A DNA stretch of 64,000 nt from an uncultured Gemmatimonadales bacterium (GCA_963783385.1 CAWANJ010000001.1:576001-640000); one strand, 5' to 3'. Shown: positions 32,934 to 42,007, counted from the first letter of the stretch. Program-made: numbers and translations. Notes: generated from the letters alone by a model not told the origin.

Positions 32934-34630
32934 CAGTAGGTCCTGAACACCTGGAGCAGGGGCACACCGCGCAGGGCGACCTCTAGGAAGGGGCGTCCAC
33001 CACGCTGCACCAGCGCCCGGTCCCGGAAGGACTGGATGCCACGGCGGTTGAGAATGAACACGAAGTCCGGTCGCCGGGGAGGACGGAGAGAGACCGCCAC
33101 GTCCTGCCTCTCGCCGGGCGCGCACACGAGGGCGCGGGTCCCCGGCGTCGGGGCGCCGGGATCCTCCATCTCGACCACCCAGTCGGCCGGCGCCAGCCCG
33201 AGCTCCCGGTCGAAGCACAGCTCCTCGAGGAAGAAGTCGGGGTCGATCACCGAGCCGGGCGGGATGCGGTGCGCGAGGTCGGCCAGCATGTCCGGAGTCA
33301 GCACCTCCTTGAGGTTCGAGATCTCGAGCCCCCGGCGCTGGGCTCCGCGGATGCCGCCGATCAGCCCGTTGAAGTAGGAGAGCTCGAACGGGTGGAACGC
33401 GACCACGTCCAGGATCGGAACGGCGAACAGTGCCACCATGACGAGCACGCGCGCCAGGTCGACGCGCCGGGGCCACCGGCGCCCCGCCAGGTCGGCGAGC
33501 CGGTCCGCGAGCGCGCCGCACCCGACCCCGATGATCACGCACAGGAAGGGAAAGGCCGGAAGCAGGAGCCGGATCCCGTCGTGCATGGGCGCCGCGGGAA
33601 GCATGAGCGCTCCGTATACGACCACCAGGCTCGGCAGGCACAGGCGCACCAGCTTCGATCGCCACCTCAGGAGTCCCGCTCCCAGTCCGACGAGCAGCGG
33701 GACCGGGATCACGACGAGGGTCCACAGGAAGGGATACGACCGAGGCGGCCGGTATTCGTACATCCTGCCCAGGTAGAAGGTCGTGATCTGGGCGTGAGGG
33801 TCCTCCGCCCTGTGGAAGCCGGCGGCCAGGTAGTCTCCGAGCCCCCGCGCCGGATCCACCCACATCACCGGATTGCACGCGGCGAACACGAGCACGGCGC
33901 ACAGCGCCAGCACGCCGATCTCCCGCCACGGGACGGACGGGCGGCCGTCCCGTCCGCGCACCCACAGCAAGAGCTGGAAACCCAGGACGGGAGCCAGCAG
34001 GAGGGCGGTGAACTTGGTGGCGAGCGCGGCACCGAGCGACAGACCTGCCAGCCACAGCCACCGCGACCTCCCGTCCGCCAGATAGACATCGAGCGCCGCC
34101 ACCGCCCCGAACCAGAAAGCCGCCAGCACCATGTCGGTGAGCGCCAGGTGGCCGTAGGCGAACAGCGCCGGAATGGCGAGCAGGCTGGCCGCGGCGGCGA
34201 GCGCGGCCGTCGTGGAGCCGGACCGGCGCCGCACCAGGGCGCCCACGGACCCCACCAGGCCGGCGTACACCAGGGCCGTGGCGACCCGGTACGCGGTCAG
34301 CGGATGGACGATGCCTCGGAGCAGGAAGTAGCCGAGCCCGCCCAGCTCCCGCGACAGCGGCGGATGAGGGAGGCGCTCCCGCCACCAGCGCCAGGCGTCG
34401 AACACCACGCCACGCCGCAGCCATTCGCCGGGCGACCCCGTCACCAGGCCATGGAGGAAGGACCCGAACCAGCGCAGCTCGAGGAGGGAGCCGGTGAAGT
34501 AGTTGGGCACATCGCTGGCGACCCCGTAGTCGTGCAGGGTCGCCAGCGTGACGAGGGCCGCGACGACGAAGCCGCCCGCGAACAGCCACCACGGACGCAC
34601 GCGCCGGACCTTCCCCCCGGATCCGCTCAC
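32933..34630 (-). CDS. Glycosyltransferase family 39 (ArnT/PMT-like), paralog A
   Basis: HPPL, LTDM, ATKFT, HDGIRL; GTGA overlap with the yfhO-like stop. Confidence 0.8.
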   Translation of the reverse strand: MSGSGGKVRRVRPWWLFAGGFVVAALVTLATLHDYGVASDVPNYFTGSLLELRWFGSFLHGLVTGSPGEWLRRGVVFDAWRWWRERLPHPPLSRELGGLGYFLLRGIVHPLTAYRVATALVYAGLVGSVGALVRRRSGSTTAALAAAASLLAIPALFAYGHLALTDMVLAAFWFGAVAALDVYLADGRSRWLWLAGLSLGAALATKFTALLLAPVLGFQLLLWVRGRDGRPSVPWREIGVLALCAVLVFAACNPVMWVDPARGLGDYLAAGFHRAEDPHAQITTFYLGRMYEYRPPRSYPFLWTLVVIPVPLLVGLGAGLLRWRSKLVRLCLPSLVVVYGALMLPAAPMHDGIRLLLPAFPFLCVIIGVGCGALADRLADLAGRRWPRRVDLARVLVMVALFAVPILDVVAFHPFELSYFNGLIGGIRGAQRRGLEISNLKEVLTPDMLADLAHRIPPGSVIDPDFFLEELCFDRELGLAPADWVVEMEDPGAPTPGTRALVCAPGERQDVAVSLRPPRRPDFVFILNRRGIQSFRDRALVQRGGRPFLEVALRGVPLLQVFRTY

Positions 34631-37050
34631 GCCCTGCGTCTCCACCCGACGAGGAGCACGCCCGCGCAGACCAGGACCGAGACCGCGCTGATCCACGCGC
34701 CCACGACCACGGCCCTGGGCCTGTAGCGGAATACGACCTCGTGGGTCCCCGCCGGCACTTCAATGGCGCGGAAGAACCCGTTGGCCCGGTGGATGCCGGC
34801 AGGGCGGCCGTCCACGCTGGCCGTCCATCCCGGGTAGAAGCGGTCGGTGAGGACCAGGACCATGCGACCCGACGTCCGCGTGCGGAGCCGGACCTCCTCG
34901 CTGCCGTACCGGCTCTCCAGCACGTGACCCGTCGCGGCGGAGTCCGGAGCTTCGGCCAGGCTGTCGCCCAGCACGGCCTCGCCGCGCAGGTCGAAGTCGG
35001 GGCCGATCACCTTCCCGAACGCCGTGACCGGGTTGTCCTGGACGCGGTATCGGGACACGAGGTAGGCCCTCGGGACCGGGTTCTCCACTGTGTACATGCG
35101 CAGGGGCAGGTCGCGGGCGGCTTCCAGGGGCCGCAGGCCCGGCATCGAGTCGGCCGTGGGCGTCGGATCGACGTAGTACTTGACGTTCATGGCCCGCAGA
35201 AGCCGGGTCCGCACGTCGGGCGGGTTGTGGAGCGCGAAAGCGATCGTCGACACCACCGACTTCAGCTCGACGCCCTGGATGCCGTCCTGGCTCGGGTGAT
35301 GGTAGAGCTGCCCAAGGTCGGGCCCCATGGCCTGGAACTCGATGTACATGTTCGTGAGCTCGAGGGCGCCGGGGACCATGAGGGCGCTGCCCATTGGCGT
35401 CGAAGTGGTCGACCCCCGGTACCGGTACGCCTGCCGGTCGGTGGCCACCCGGTCGAGGACGGTCGCCGCCCACGGCCTGTGCTCGTAGATCCCCCGGCTG
35501 ACCGTGGGATTGACGCGGTCATGGGTTACGCCGAGGTCAACCGCCGCGAGGACCAGGAGGAGCGGAACGGCCAGCCGGCGCTCGACGCGCCGCAACCGCC
35601 ACCCGCCCAGCAGCGCCACGCCCGCCACGGTGAGCAGCAGCGCCCGGACGAGGAGGCCGCCGTAGAAGCGCTGAGCCTCGGCCGGCCGCCGGCACATCTG
35701 GGCGCCGTGCCACGCCCCGCCGCAGGCCATGGCGAACAGGTCGGGCACCGCGTGAAGGAGCACCCATAGGGCCCCGTACAGGACGGTGAGTGCCCCCAGG
35801 GCCGCCAGGACCGGGCCGCTCCTCCGGGCGCCGTCCTCTCGCACAGTGTCGAATCCGCGGGCCGCCAGCACCGCCAGCGCGACGGCGGTCAAGAAGAAGA
35901 ACTTCTCCGGGTAGCGCACCAGCCGCAGGGGCGGCAGCCACCGGAACAGGAACGGGAACACGGGGGTGGCCGGCCCCAGCGCCAGCAGCAGGCCCGCGAG
36001 CCCCAGCCCCGCCCAGAACCACAGCCACGGCCGGCTCCGGGGCCTCGCGACGCCCTGCGCGGCGAACCCCAGCACGAGGACGCCCGGGTAGATGCTGACC
36101 AGCCACGGCACCTCGGGCGTCAGCAGGTAGCGGGCGGAGAAGCCGTACTGACCGGTGCTCACCGCCGGAGGCACGAGGAGGTTGACGAGCGTCCGGAACC
36201 CGGCGGACCGTCGGGCCGCGAAGGACAGCGTGAGGTCGGTGTTCCGAATCGAGTGCCGGAGGAGTTCGAGGAAGGGCAGCAGCTGGACCGCGACGAGCCC
36301 CAGGGCCAGGACCCCCGCGGCTGCGAGCCAGCCCAGCTGGCGTCCGGCTCCGAGGCGGCGCGGCCCGGAGCGACCCACCATGAGCTCGTGGGCCACCAGG
36401 ACACCCAGCCCGATGGCCAGCATCTGCGGCTCCCCGCCCAGGAAGCCGCAGGCGGTCGCCAGGACGAAGACCACGAACCGGCCGGGCGTCGCGCTCTCCA
36501 CGTAGCGGTCCCACGCCAGCCAGATCCACGGGATCCACGCGACCGTCTGGATATTGTTGTAGAAGTTCCCGATCGAGACCAGGTACCCCCCCAGCATGAA
36601 GGCCAGGCCGCCCAGGAGGGCCGCGGCCCGGCCGTGCTGCCACCGACGCAGGAGCAGGTAGAAGCCGACACCGGCCAGTGGATAGTGCAACGCCAGGAGC
36701 AGTCCGAAGGCGTAGGAGAACGGCAGGACGTACAGCAGCAGGCTCCCAGGATAGAGCGCCCCCGGCTGCAGGGTGGCGAAGAAGGGCTCTCCGTTGAGCA
36801 CCCAGGGATTCCACAGGGGCAGTCGGCCGCTCCGGATGGAGTCGACCAGGTACGCCTTCATGGGATAGAAGAAGGGCGCGATGTCGCGGCTGAAGAACAC
36901 CTGGCCGCCGAACAGAACGCGCCGGAAAAACAGGGCCGCCACCACCACGAGCGCCGCGATGGCCACGGTCCCGGCGTCGAGCGTGATGCCGGTGGTCCGG
37001 CCGCCCACGTCGGCGGATCCCCGGTCGTACCTGCTCGATCCGTGCGTCAT
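34627..37050 (-). CDS. YfhO-family membrane glycosyltransferase
   Basis: RD...FYP, LPLWNP...GEPF, RYPEKF, C-terminal FYPGWTASVDG...ANGFFRAIEVPAGTHEV. Confidence 0.85.
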   Translation of the reverse strand: MTHGSSRYDRGSADVGGRTTGITLDAGTVAIAALVVVAALFFRRVLFGGQVFFSRDIAPFFYPMKAYLVDSIRSGRLPLWNPWVLNGEPFFATLQPGALYPGSLLLYVLPFSYAFGLLLALHYPLAGVGFYLLLRRWQHGRAAALLGGLAFMLGGYLVSIGNFYNNIQTVAWIPWIWLAWDRYVESATPGRFVVFVLATACGFLGGEPQMLAIGLGVLVAHELMVGRSGPRRLGAGRQLGWLAAAGVLALGLVAVQLLPFLELLRHSIRNTDLTLSFAARRSAGFRTLVNLLVPPAVSTGQYGFSARYLLTPEVPWLVSIYPGVLVLGFAAQGVARPRSRPWLWFWAGLGLAGLLLALGPATPVFPFLFRWLPPLRLVRYPEKFFFLTAVALAVLAARGFDTVREDGARRSGPVLAALGALTVLYGALWVLLHAVPDLFAMACGGAWHGAQMCRRPAEAQRFYGGLLVRALLLTVAGVALLGGWRLRRVERRLAVPLLLVLAAVDLGVTHDRVNPTVSRGIYEHRPWAATVLDRVATDRQAYRYRGSTTSTPMGSALMVPGALELTNMYIEFQAMGPDLGQLYHHPSQDGIQGVELKSVVSTIAFALHNPPDVRTRLLRAMNVKYYVDPTPTADSMPGLRPLEAARDLPLRMYTVENPVPRAYLVSRYRVQDNPVTAFGKVIGPDFDLRGEAVLGDSLAEAPDSAATGHVLESRYGSEEVRLRTRTSGRMVLVLTDRFYPGWTASVDGRPAGIHRANGFFRAIEVPAGTHEVVFRYRPRAVVVGAWISAVSVLVCAGVLLVGWRRRA

Positions 37051-37086
37051 CGCGGGTGCCCTCCGGGCGCGATCAGCACAAGCGAA

Positions 37087-37117
37087 AGGGGCGTAGCGGC
37101 AAGACCGCTACGCCCCT
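37087..37117 (-). terminator. Intrinsic terminator downstream of the major pilin gene
   Basis: 13-bp perfect stem AGGGGCGTAGCGG/CCGCTACGCCCCT with 5-nt loop, followed by a short interrupted U tract. Confidence 0.75.
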
Positions 37118-37166
37118 CGAGCCGTCGGCGCATGGTGCGCGCCGACTCAGACCAGCTCCTCCGGGA

Positions 37167-37553
37167 TCAACCCTTCTGGATCTTCCCGTCGGTCGCGCTC
37201 CCCGTACCGGAGGTCACGTAGTACGTGGAGGGAGACGCCGAGTGGCTCGCGGTGATGGAGTAACCGCCCGCGCTCGCCGCCGAGGCCGAGATCACGATGC
37301 CGTTGCTCGTCGTGAAATTGCCGGTGGCCATCGAGGCCGGGGCGTAGGTCTGCGCATCCGAGAAGTAGGCCTCCTCGGCCGTCATCGCGTTGCGGATGTC
37401 GCTCTTCGCGGCGGCGTCGAACGCCTTCTCCTTCGTCGACGCGAACTGCGGGATCGCGATCGCGGCCAGGATGCCAATGATCACGACCACGATGAGCAGC
37501 TCGATGAGGGTGAACCCCTCGGAGCCACGGATCCTGGAAGCGGTCGTCTTCAT
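37167..37553 (-). CDS. pilA: Major type IVa pilin
   Basis: G|FTLIELLIVVVIIGILAAIAIP; own sigma-54 promoter and terminator; downstream of pilS-pilR. Confidence 0.9.
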   Translation of the reverse strand: MKTTASRIRGSEGFTLIELLIVVVIIGILAAIAIPQFASTKEKAFDAAAKSDIRNAMTAEEAYFSDAQTYAPASMATGNFTTSNGIVISASAASAGGYSITASHSASPSTYYVTSGTGSATDGKIQKG

Positions 37554-37652
37554 GGTGCCTCTCCCCCTTGGGATGAACGGGACGCCTGTCACACTCGCCC
37601 GCCTGTCGCCCGTCGGCGGCGGCGGTGCCCACTGTTGGCGAGGCGTGATGGG

Positions 37653-37668
37653 GGCAACGCCCGTGCCG
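37653..37668 (-). promoter_or_regulatory. Sigma-54 (-24/-12) promoter of pilA
   Basis: CGGCACGGGCGTTGCC = GG-N10-GC, close to TGGCAC-N5-TTGC. Confidence 0.75.
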
Positions 37669-37696
37669 CACTCGTGGCATCCATTCAAGAGACACC

Positions 37697-37794
37697 ATGA
37701 CAACCAATTACCGTGCTTTGTCCAACGGAACACTCCCCGCGCGGATCGGCCCGGTTCCTCGCACCTTGCAAAGACACTCGTGCGTTGCAAGACA
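37697..37794. promoter_or_regulatory. IHF-like site (37697-37710) and tandem candidate PilR enhancer repeats (37766-37776, 37785-37794)
   Basis: ATGACAACCAATTA resembles WATCAA-N4-TTR; TTGCAAAGACA and TTGCAAGACA direct repeats lie 100-130 nt upstream of -24. Confidence 0.5.
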
Positions 37795-37808
37795 GGCGCG
37801 ATTCGAGC

Positions 37809-39182
37809 TCACGTCTCGATCCCGTAGCGGTTGATCTTGCGGTAGAGGGTGCTGGGGTCGATTCCGAGCACTTCGGCGGCTCTCGTCTTGTTGCCTCCCT
37901 CGGCCTTGAGCACGTGCGCGATGTACGCCTGCTCGATCACCTCCAGGGTCGGATTGGGGGGCGGCTCGTCCCGGACCAGCGGCTCGACCGGCTCCTCCCT
38001 GAGGCGCTCGGGGAACGCCTCGGGCTTGATCGTGGCTCCGTCCGTCAGCACCACGGCGCGCTCGATCACGTTCTCGAGCTCGCGTACGTTCCCGGCCCAC
38101 CGGTAGCCGGCCAGCAGCTCCGAGCCGTCCTTCGACAGCTTCTTGCGCTCGATTCCCTGGTCGGCGGCCAGCCGTTCGAGGAAGTACTCCGCGAGGAGGG
38201 GCACGTCCTCCGTCCGCTCGCGCAGGGGCGGCAGCTCCAGCGCGATGACGTTCAGACGGTAATACAGGTCGCGGCGGAAGCGGCCGGTCTCGATGTCACG
38301 CTCCAGGTCGCGGTTGGTGGCGGCGATGAGCCGCACATCGACGGGAACCGGCCGGGTGGCGCCCACCGGCACCACTTCGCGCTGCTGCAGGACCCGCAAG
38401 AGCTTGACCTGGGTCGAGGGCGCCATCTCCCCGACCTCGTCCAGGAAGAAGCTGCCTCCCCCGGCCGCCACGAACAGGCCCTCCTTGTCCTTGACCGCCC
38501 CCGTGAACGAGCCCTTCACGTGGCCGAACAGCTCCGACTCGAGCAGGCTCTCGGGGAGCGCCGCGCAGTTGATCGACAGGAATCGCCCCTGGCTCCGGGG
38601 CGACAGGTCGTGGATGTAGCGGGCGAAGATCTCCTTCCCGGTCCCGCTCTCGCCCCGGATGAGGATCGTCGACTCGCTGCCGGCGACCGACTCGGCCAGC
38701 TCCAGGGCCTGCGTGAACTTCGGGCTCTCGCCGATCGGGCGGGGCACCTCGCCGGTGCGCGTCTTGGTCTGCCGAAGCTCCTCCTTGATGGCCAGATTCT
38801 CCCGCCGGATCTCCCCGTAGTCCAGGGACCGTCGCAGGATGGCCACCAGCTCGTCGTTCTCGAACGGCTTCTGGACGTAGTGCGTGGCGCCCAGGTTAAC
38901 GGCGCGGATGGCCGACTGGAGCGACGCCTGGGCGGTCATGAGCACGACCGGCGTCGTGGGGCTGCGCTCGCGCACCGCCTCCAGTACCTCGACGCCGTCC
39001 ATCTTCGGCATGCGCACGTCGACGAGCACGAGGTCGGGCTGGCGCTCGTCGAAGCATTCCAGACCCTGGGCCCCGGTGAGGGCGGAAGCCACCTCGAAGC
39101 CCTCGCGCTTGAGGAGGACCGTCAGCGTCTCGACGAGGCTCTGCTCGTCATCGATCACCAGGACCAACGGAAGGTCACTCAT
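37809..39182 (-). CDS. pilR: Sigma-54-dependent response regulator (PilR/NtrC family)
   Basis: Receiver (DD, DVRMP, KPF), AAA+ (GESGTGKE, GSFTGA), HTH; immediately upstream of pilA. Confidence 0.85.
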   Translation of the reverse strand: MSDLPLVLVIDDEQSLVETLTVLLKREGFEVASALTGAQGLECFDERQPDLVLVDVRMPKMDGVEVLEAVRERSPTTPVVLMTAQASLQSAIRAVNLGATHYVQKPFENDELVAILRRSLDYGEIRRENLAIKEELRQTKTRTGEVPRPIGESPKFTQALELAESVAGSESTILIRGESGTGKEIFARYIHDLSPRSQGRFLSINCAALPESLLESELFGHVKGSFTGAVKDKEGLFVAAGGGSFFLDEVGEMAPSTQVKLLRVLQQREVVPVGATRPVPVDVRLIAATNRDLERDIETGRFRRDLYYRLNVIALELPPLRERTEDVPLLAEYFLERLAADQGIERKKLSKDGSELLAGYRWAGNVRELENVIERAVVLTDGATIKPEAFPERLREEPVEPLVRDEPPPNPTLEVIEQAYIAHVLKAEGGNKTRAAEVLGIDPSTLYRKINRYGIET

Positions 39183-41028
39183 CGGCGTCTCCTCGGGTGC
39201 CCCTGACATGGGTGTCGAAACCAGGGTTCTCGGTGCGTGGCGGGCGCGTCGGGTCGTTCGATCGATCTTCGGGCTTTCCCAGCGGCCTCTCGGCCCACTC
39301 CCGCCGGGGCAGGATGATCGAGAAGGTGGTGCCCCGCCCGGGTTCGGAGTCGACCAGGAGGGCGCCTCCGTGCGCCTCGACGGCGCGCTGGGCGATGGAG
39401 AGGCCGAGGCCGGACCCTCCCTGGCGGCCCGTGTGGAAGGGCTCGAAGATCCAGCCCAGTCGTTCGGCGGGGATGCCCGGACCGTCGTCGACGACCCGGA
39501 TTCGGACCGGCGAACCCAGGGCCACGTCCCCCGGAACGTGCTCGAGCGGGAGGTTGTCCGCCAGGACCCGCACGGTGGGAGGGTGGCCCGGCTCGGCAGC
39601 CTGGACCGCGTTGAGGATGATGTTGCTCAGCGTCCGGTGGAGCAGGTCGGGGTCTCCCCACAGGTCGCTCACGTCGCCCTCGCACTCGATCTCGAAACGG
39701 GCGTCACCGGGAGTGTCGGGCCGCTGCTGGACCATGGCCACCGCTTCCTCCATGAGACGCCGGACATCCAGCGCATCGCGGCCGGCCACGTCGACCCGTG
39801 CGAAGTCGTTGAACTCGCCCAGGAGCCGGTCCAGTCGGTCGCTCTCCCGGACGATGAGCCGGCCCAGGATCGCATCGTCCTCGTCCTCCCCGTCCCGCTT
39901 CGCGGATCCTTCCAGCTGCTGCACGGCGCTGCGGATGGCCGAGAGGGGATTGCGGATCTCGTGCGCGAGAGAGGCCGACAGCTCGGCCACCGCCTCGAGC
40001 CGGCCCGCTCGCAGCCTGAGGTCCTCGAGACGCCGGAGCGTGCGCAGGTCCCGGAGCACCACCGTCACCGACGACGGGGCTCCCGGCTGGCGGAGCACCG
40101 CCGTGCTGGCCGCGACGGGGAGCGCATCGTCCCCCTCCCGTTCCACCACGACCTCCCGGTCGTGGACGGCCTCCCCCTGCCGCAGGCTCTCCCGGATGGC
40201 CCGGGCCAGCTCCCTTCCCTGCCGGTCGAGGACGGTCAGGAAGTCGGCCCCCAGCCACTGCGCGGCCCGCACGTCGAGGAGCGCCTCGGCCGCCGGGTTC
40301 ATGTAGGCGAGCCGTCCCTCGCCATCCAGGGTGAGGACGCCCGAATCGAGGGTCCGGAGCAGGTCCGCCGTGTCCAGGCGCAGCCGGTGGAGCTCTCCCT
40401 CCAGCTCCCGCAGACGCCCGCGCGTCTGGCGGAGCCGGGCGGCGATCGCGCTGCTCACGGAGGTGACGACCGTGAAGATGACCACCTGGAGGACCACCGC
40501 CGCGCCCAGCTGGGTCGGATAGGCGCCGATGATGTCCCCCAGGTACGCCGCCCCGCACACCACCGCCACGAACACGGCCGAAGCGAAGGGCACGAGGAGC
40601 GCGTAGCCCGAGGCGAGCGCGATGTAGAACAGGGGCGGGAAGACGCTCTCGCTCCCCCCGGTGATGTGCACGATCGCCGTCACCAGGAGGATGTCCAGGA
40701 CCGCCTGGGAGTACAGGAAGTCCAGGGTGACGGGACGGTGCCGGAAGTGCGTGTACCAGTAGGCCACCGGCGTGGCCAGCCCGGCCAGGAGAAGGCCGCC
40801 CAGCGCGACCTGACGAAGCCCGATCGGCAGCGTGGCGGCGGGCCCACCCAACCACGGCGTCCCGATGGCGAGCGCCGTGCCGAACACGCTCAGGCACACG
40901 ACCAGGCGCGCCGCGTAGATCCAGTAGAGGACCTGCGTGGCGTCGAGCGCCCGCGCCCCCCTCACATCCCTGCGTGCCGTAAGCGCCACTCGGGCTCCGG
41001 GTTCCCGCCGTCCTCGCCCCTCCTCCAA
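39175..41028 (-). CDS. pilS: PilS-like membrane sensor histidine kinase (start uncertain)
   Basis: TM domain with HITGGSES, PAS, AHEIRNPL, N box, DDGPGI, GSGLGL. Confidence 0.85.
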   Translation of the reverse strand: MEEGRGRREPGARVALTARRDVRGARALDATQVLYWIYAARLVVCLSVFGTALAIGTPWLGGPAATLPIGLRQVALGGLLLAGLATPVAYWYTHFRHRPVTLDFLYSQAVLDILLVTAIVHITGGSESVFPPLFYIALASGYALLVPFASAVFVAVVCGAAYLGDIIGAYPTQLGAAVVLQVVIFTVVTSVSSAIAARLRQTRGRLRELEGELHRLRLDTADLLRTLDSGVLTLDGEGRLAYMNPAAEALLDVRAAQWLGADFLTVLDRQGRELARAIRESLRQGEAVHDREVVVEREGDDALPVAASTAVLRQPGAPSSVTVVLRDLRTLRRLEDLRLRAGRLEAVAELSASLAHEIRNPLSAIRSAVQQLEGSAKRDGEDEDDAILGRLIVRESDRLDRLLGEFNDFARVDVAGRDALDVRRLMEEAVAMVQQRPDTPGDARFEIECEGDVSDLWGDPDLLHRTLSNIILNAVQAAEPGHPPTVRVLADNLPLEHVPGDVALGSPVRIRVVDDGPGIPAERLGWIFEPFHTGRQGGSGLGLSIAQRAVEAHGGALLVDSEPGRGTTFSIILPRREWAERPLGKPEDRSNDPTRPPRTENPGFDTHVRGTRGDADE

Positions 41029-41082
41029 CCGACCGGAAAGGAAACGCCCTGCCTCGCAAATTGCAAGAGGTCCGGGTCGGTG

Positions 41083-41481
41083 CTACCAGTCCGGGGGCTC
41101 ATCGAAGGCGGTGAGCGCCACGATCCGTCCGCCGCGCACCGTGGCCGTGAGGGAGCGGTCCGTCGAACCCTCGGGACCGGACAGACGCCGCCGCAGCAGA
41201 GGCCGGCCCGCCGAACCGGCCGCCGCGTCCGGCGCGCACGCCGGCCACAGACCCACCGGCTCGGTGGCCTCCCGAAGCGTGGAAGCCCCGCCCGGGAGGC
41301 GCAGGGTCCACGACGCCACCCGGTGGTCCGCCCCCAGGCGCACCCGGAGGCCCCAGCCCCGGCCCTCGAATCGGAGCCACCGTCCGCCTCCCGCCGAGCG
41401 GTCCGCGACCGGACGCCCGAGCCTTCGCGTCACCTCGTCGGGACCCGCGCCGATGAGGCGGTCCACGCGGGGAAGCCTCAC
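41083..41481 (-). CDS. Hypothetical protein
   Basis: GTGA overlap with the yjbQ stop; protein-like sequence (LIGAGPDEVTRRLG); no motif recognised. Confidence 0.5.
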   Translation of the reverse strand: MRLPRVDRLIGAGPDEVTRRLGRPVADRSAGGGRWLRFEGRGWGLRVRLGADHRVASWTLRLPGGASTLREATEPVGLWPACAPDAAAGSAGRPLLRRRLSGPEGSTDRSLTATVRGGRIVALTAFDEPPDW

Positions 41482-41876
41482 GGCGAGGGGAGCACCTGCA
41501 CGCGGACGCGGCGGCTCCGCGGCCCGTCGAACTCGCACAGGAACACGCCCTGCCAGCGGCCGAGGACCAGCCGTCCGTCGGAGACGATCAGGGTGAGGCC
41601 GGGGCCCACCAGGCTCGTCTTGATGTGGGCGTCGGCGTTGCCTTCCCGGTGCCGGTACCCCCCGCCCTCGGGCGCATGCCCGGCCAGCCACGCCTCAATG
41701 TCCCGGGCCACGTCCGGGTCGGCGCTCTCGTTCACGGTGAGTGCGGCCGTGGTGTGCTCGGACCACAGCACGCAGGCACCCTCGTCGACATCCGCGTCCA
41801 CCAGGACTTCCTTCACACGGGCGGTGATGTCCACGAGCTGCTCACGGCGATCGGTCTGGACCTGGATGGTATGCAT
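41478..41876 (-). CDS. yjbQ: YjbQ/UPF0047 family protein
   Basis: HTTA, NESADPDV, EGNADAHIK, LGRWQG, EFDGPR. Confidence 0.92.
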   Translation of the reverse strand: MHTIQVQTDRREQLVDITARVKEVLVDADVDEGACVLWSEHTTAALTVNESADPDVARDIEAWLAGHAPEGGGYRHREGNADAHIKTSLVGPGLTLIVSDGRLVLGRWQGVFLCEFDGPRSRRVRVQVLPSP

Positions 41877-42007
41877 GATGCCTCTCCTCTCGCCTCGACC
41901 ACGGTTCGTCGCCGCTTCACCCGGCCCGGGCGCCCAGAGTACCCGGGTCGTCAGTGAGCTGTCCAGCACGAACCGAACTCACGAGTCCGATCACGAGGAG
42001 ACCGACG

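Noticed and set aside
31317-34763. 1148-aa ORF as one giant protein
   Set aside because: The N-terminal half is an Arg/Pro/Gly-rich off-frame reading of the upstream GT39 gene; the real gene starts at ATG 32933
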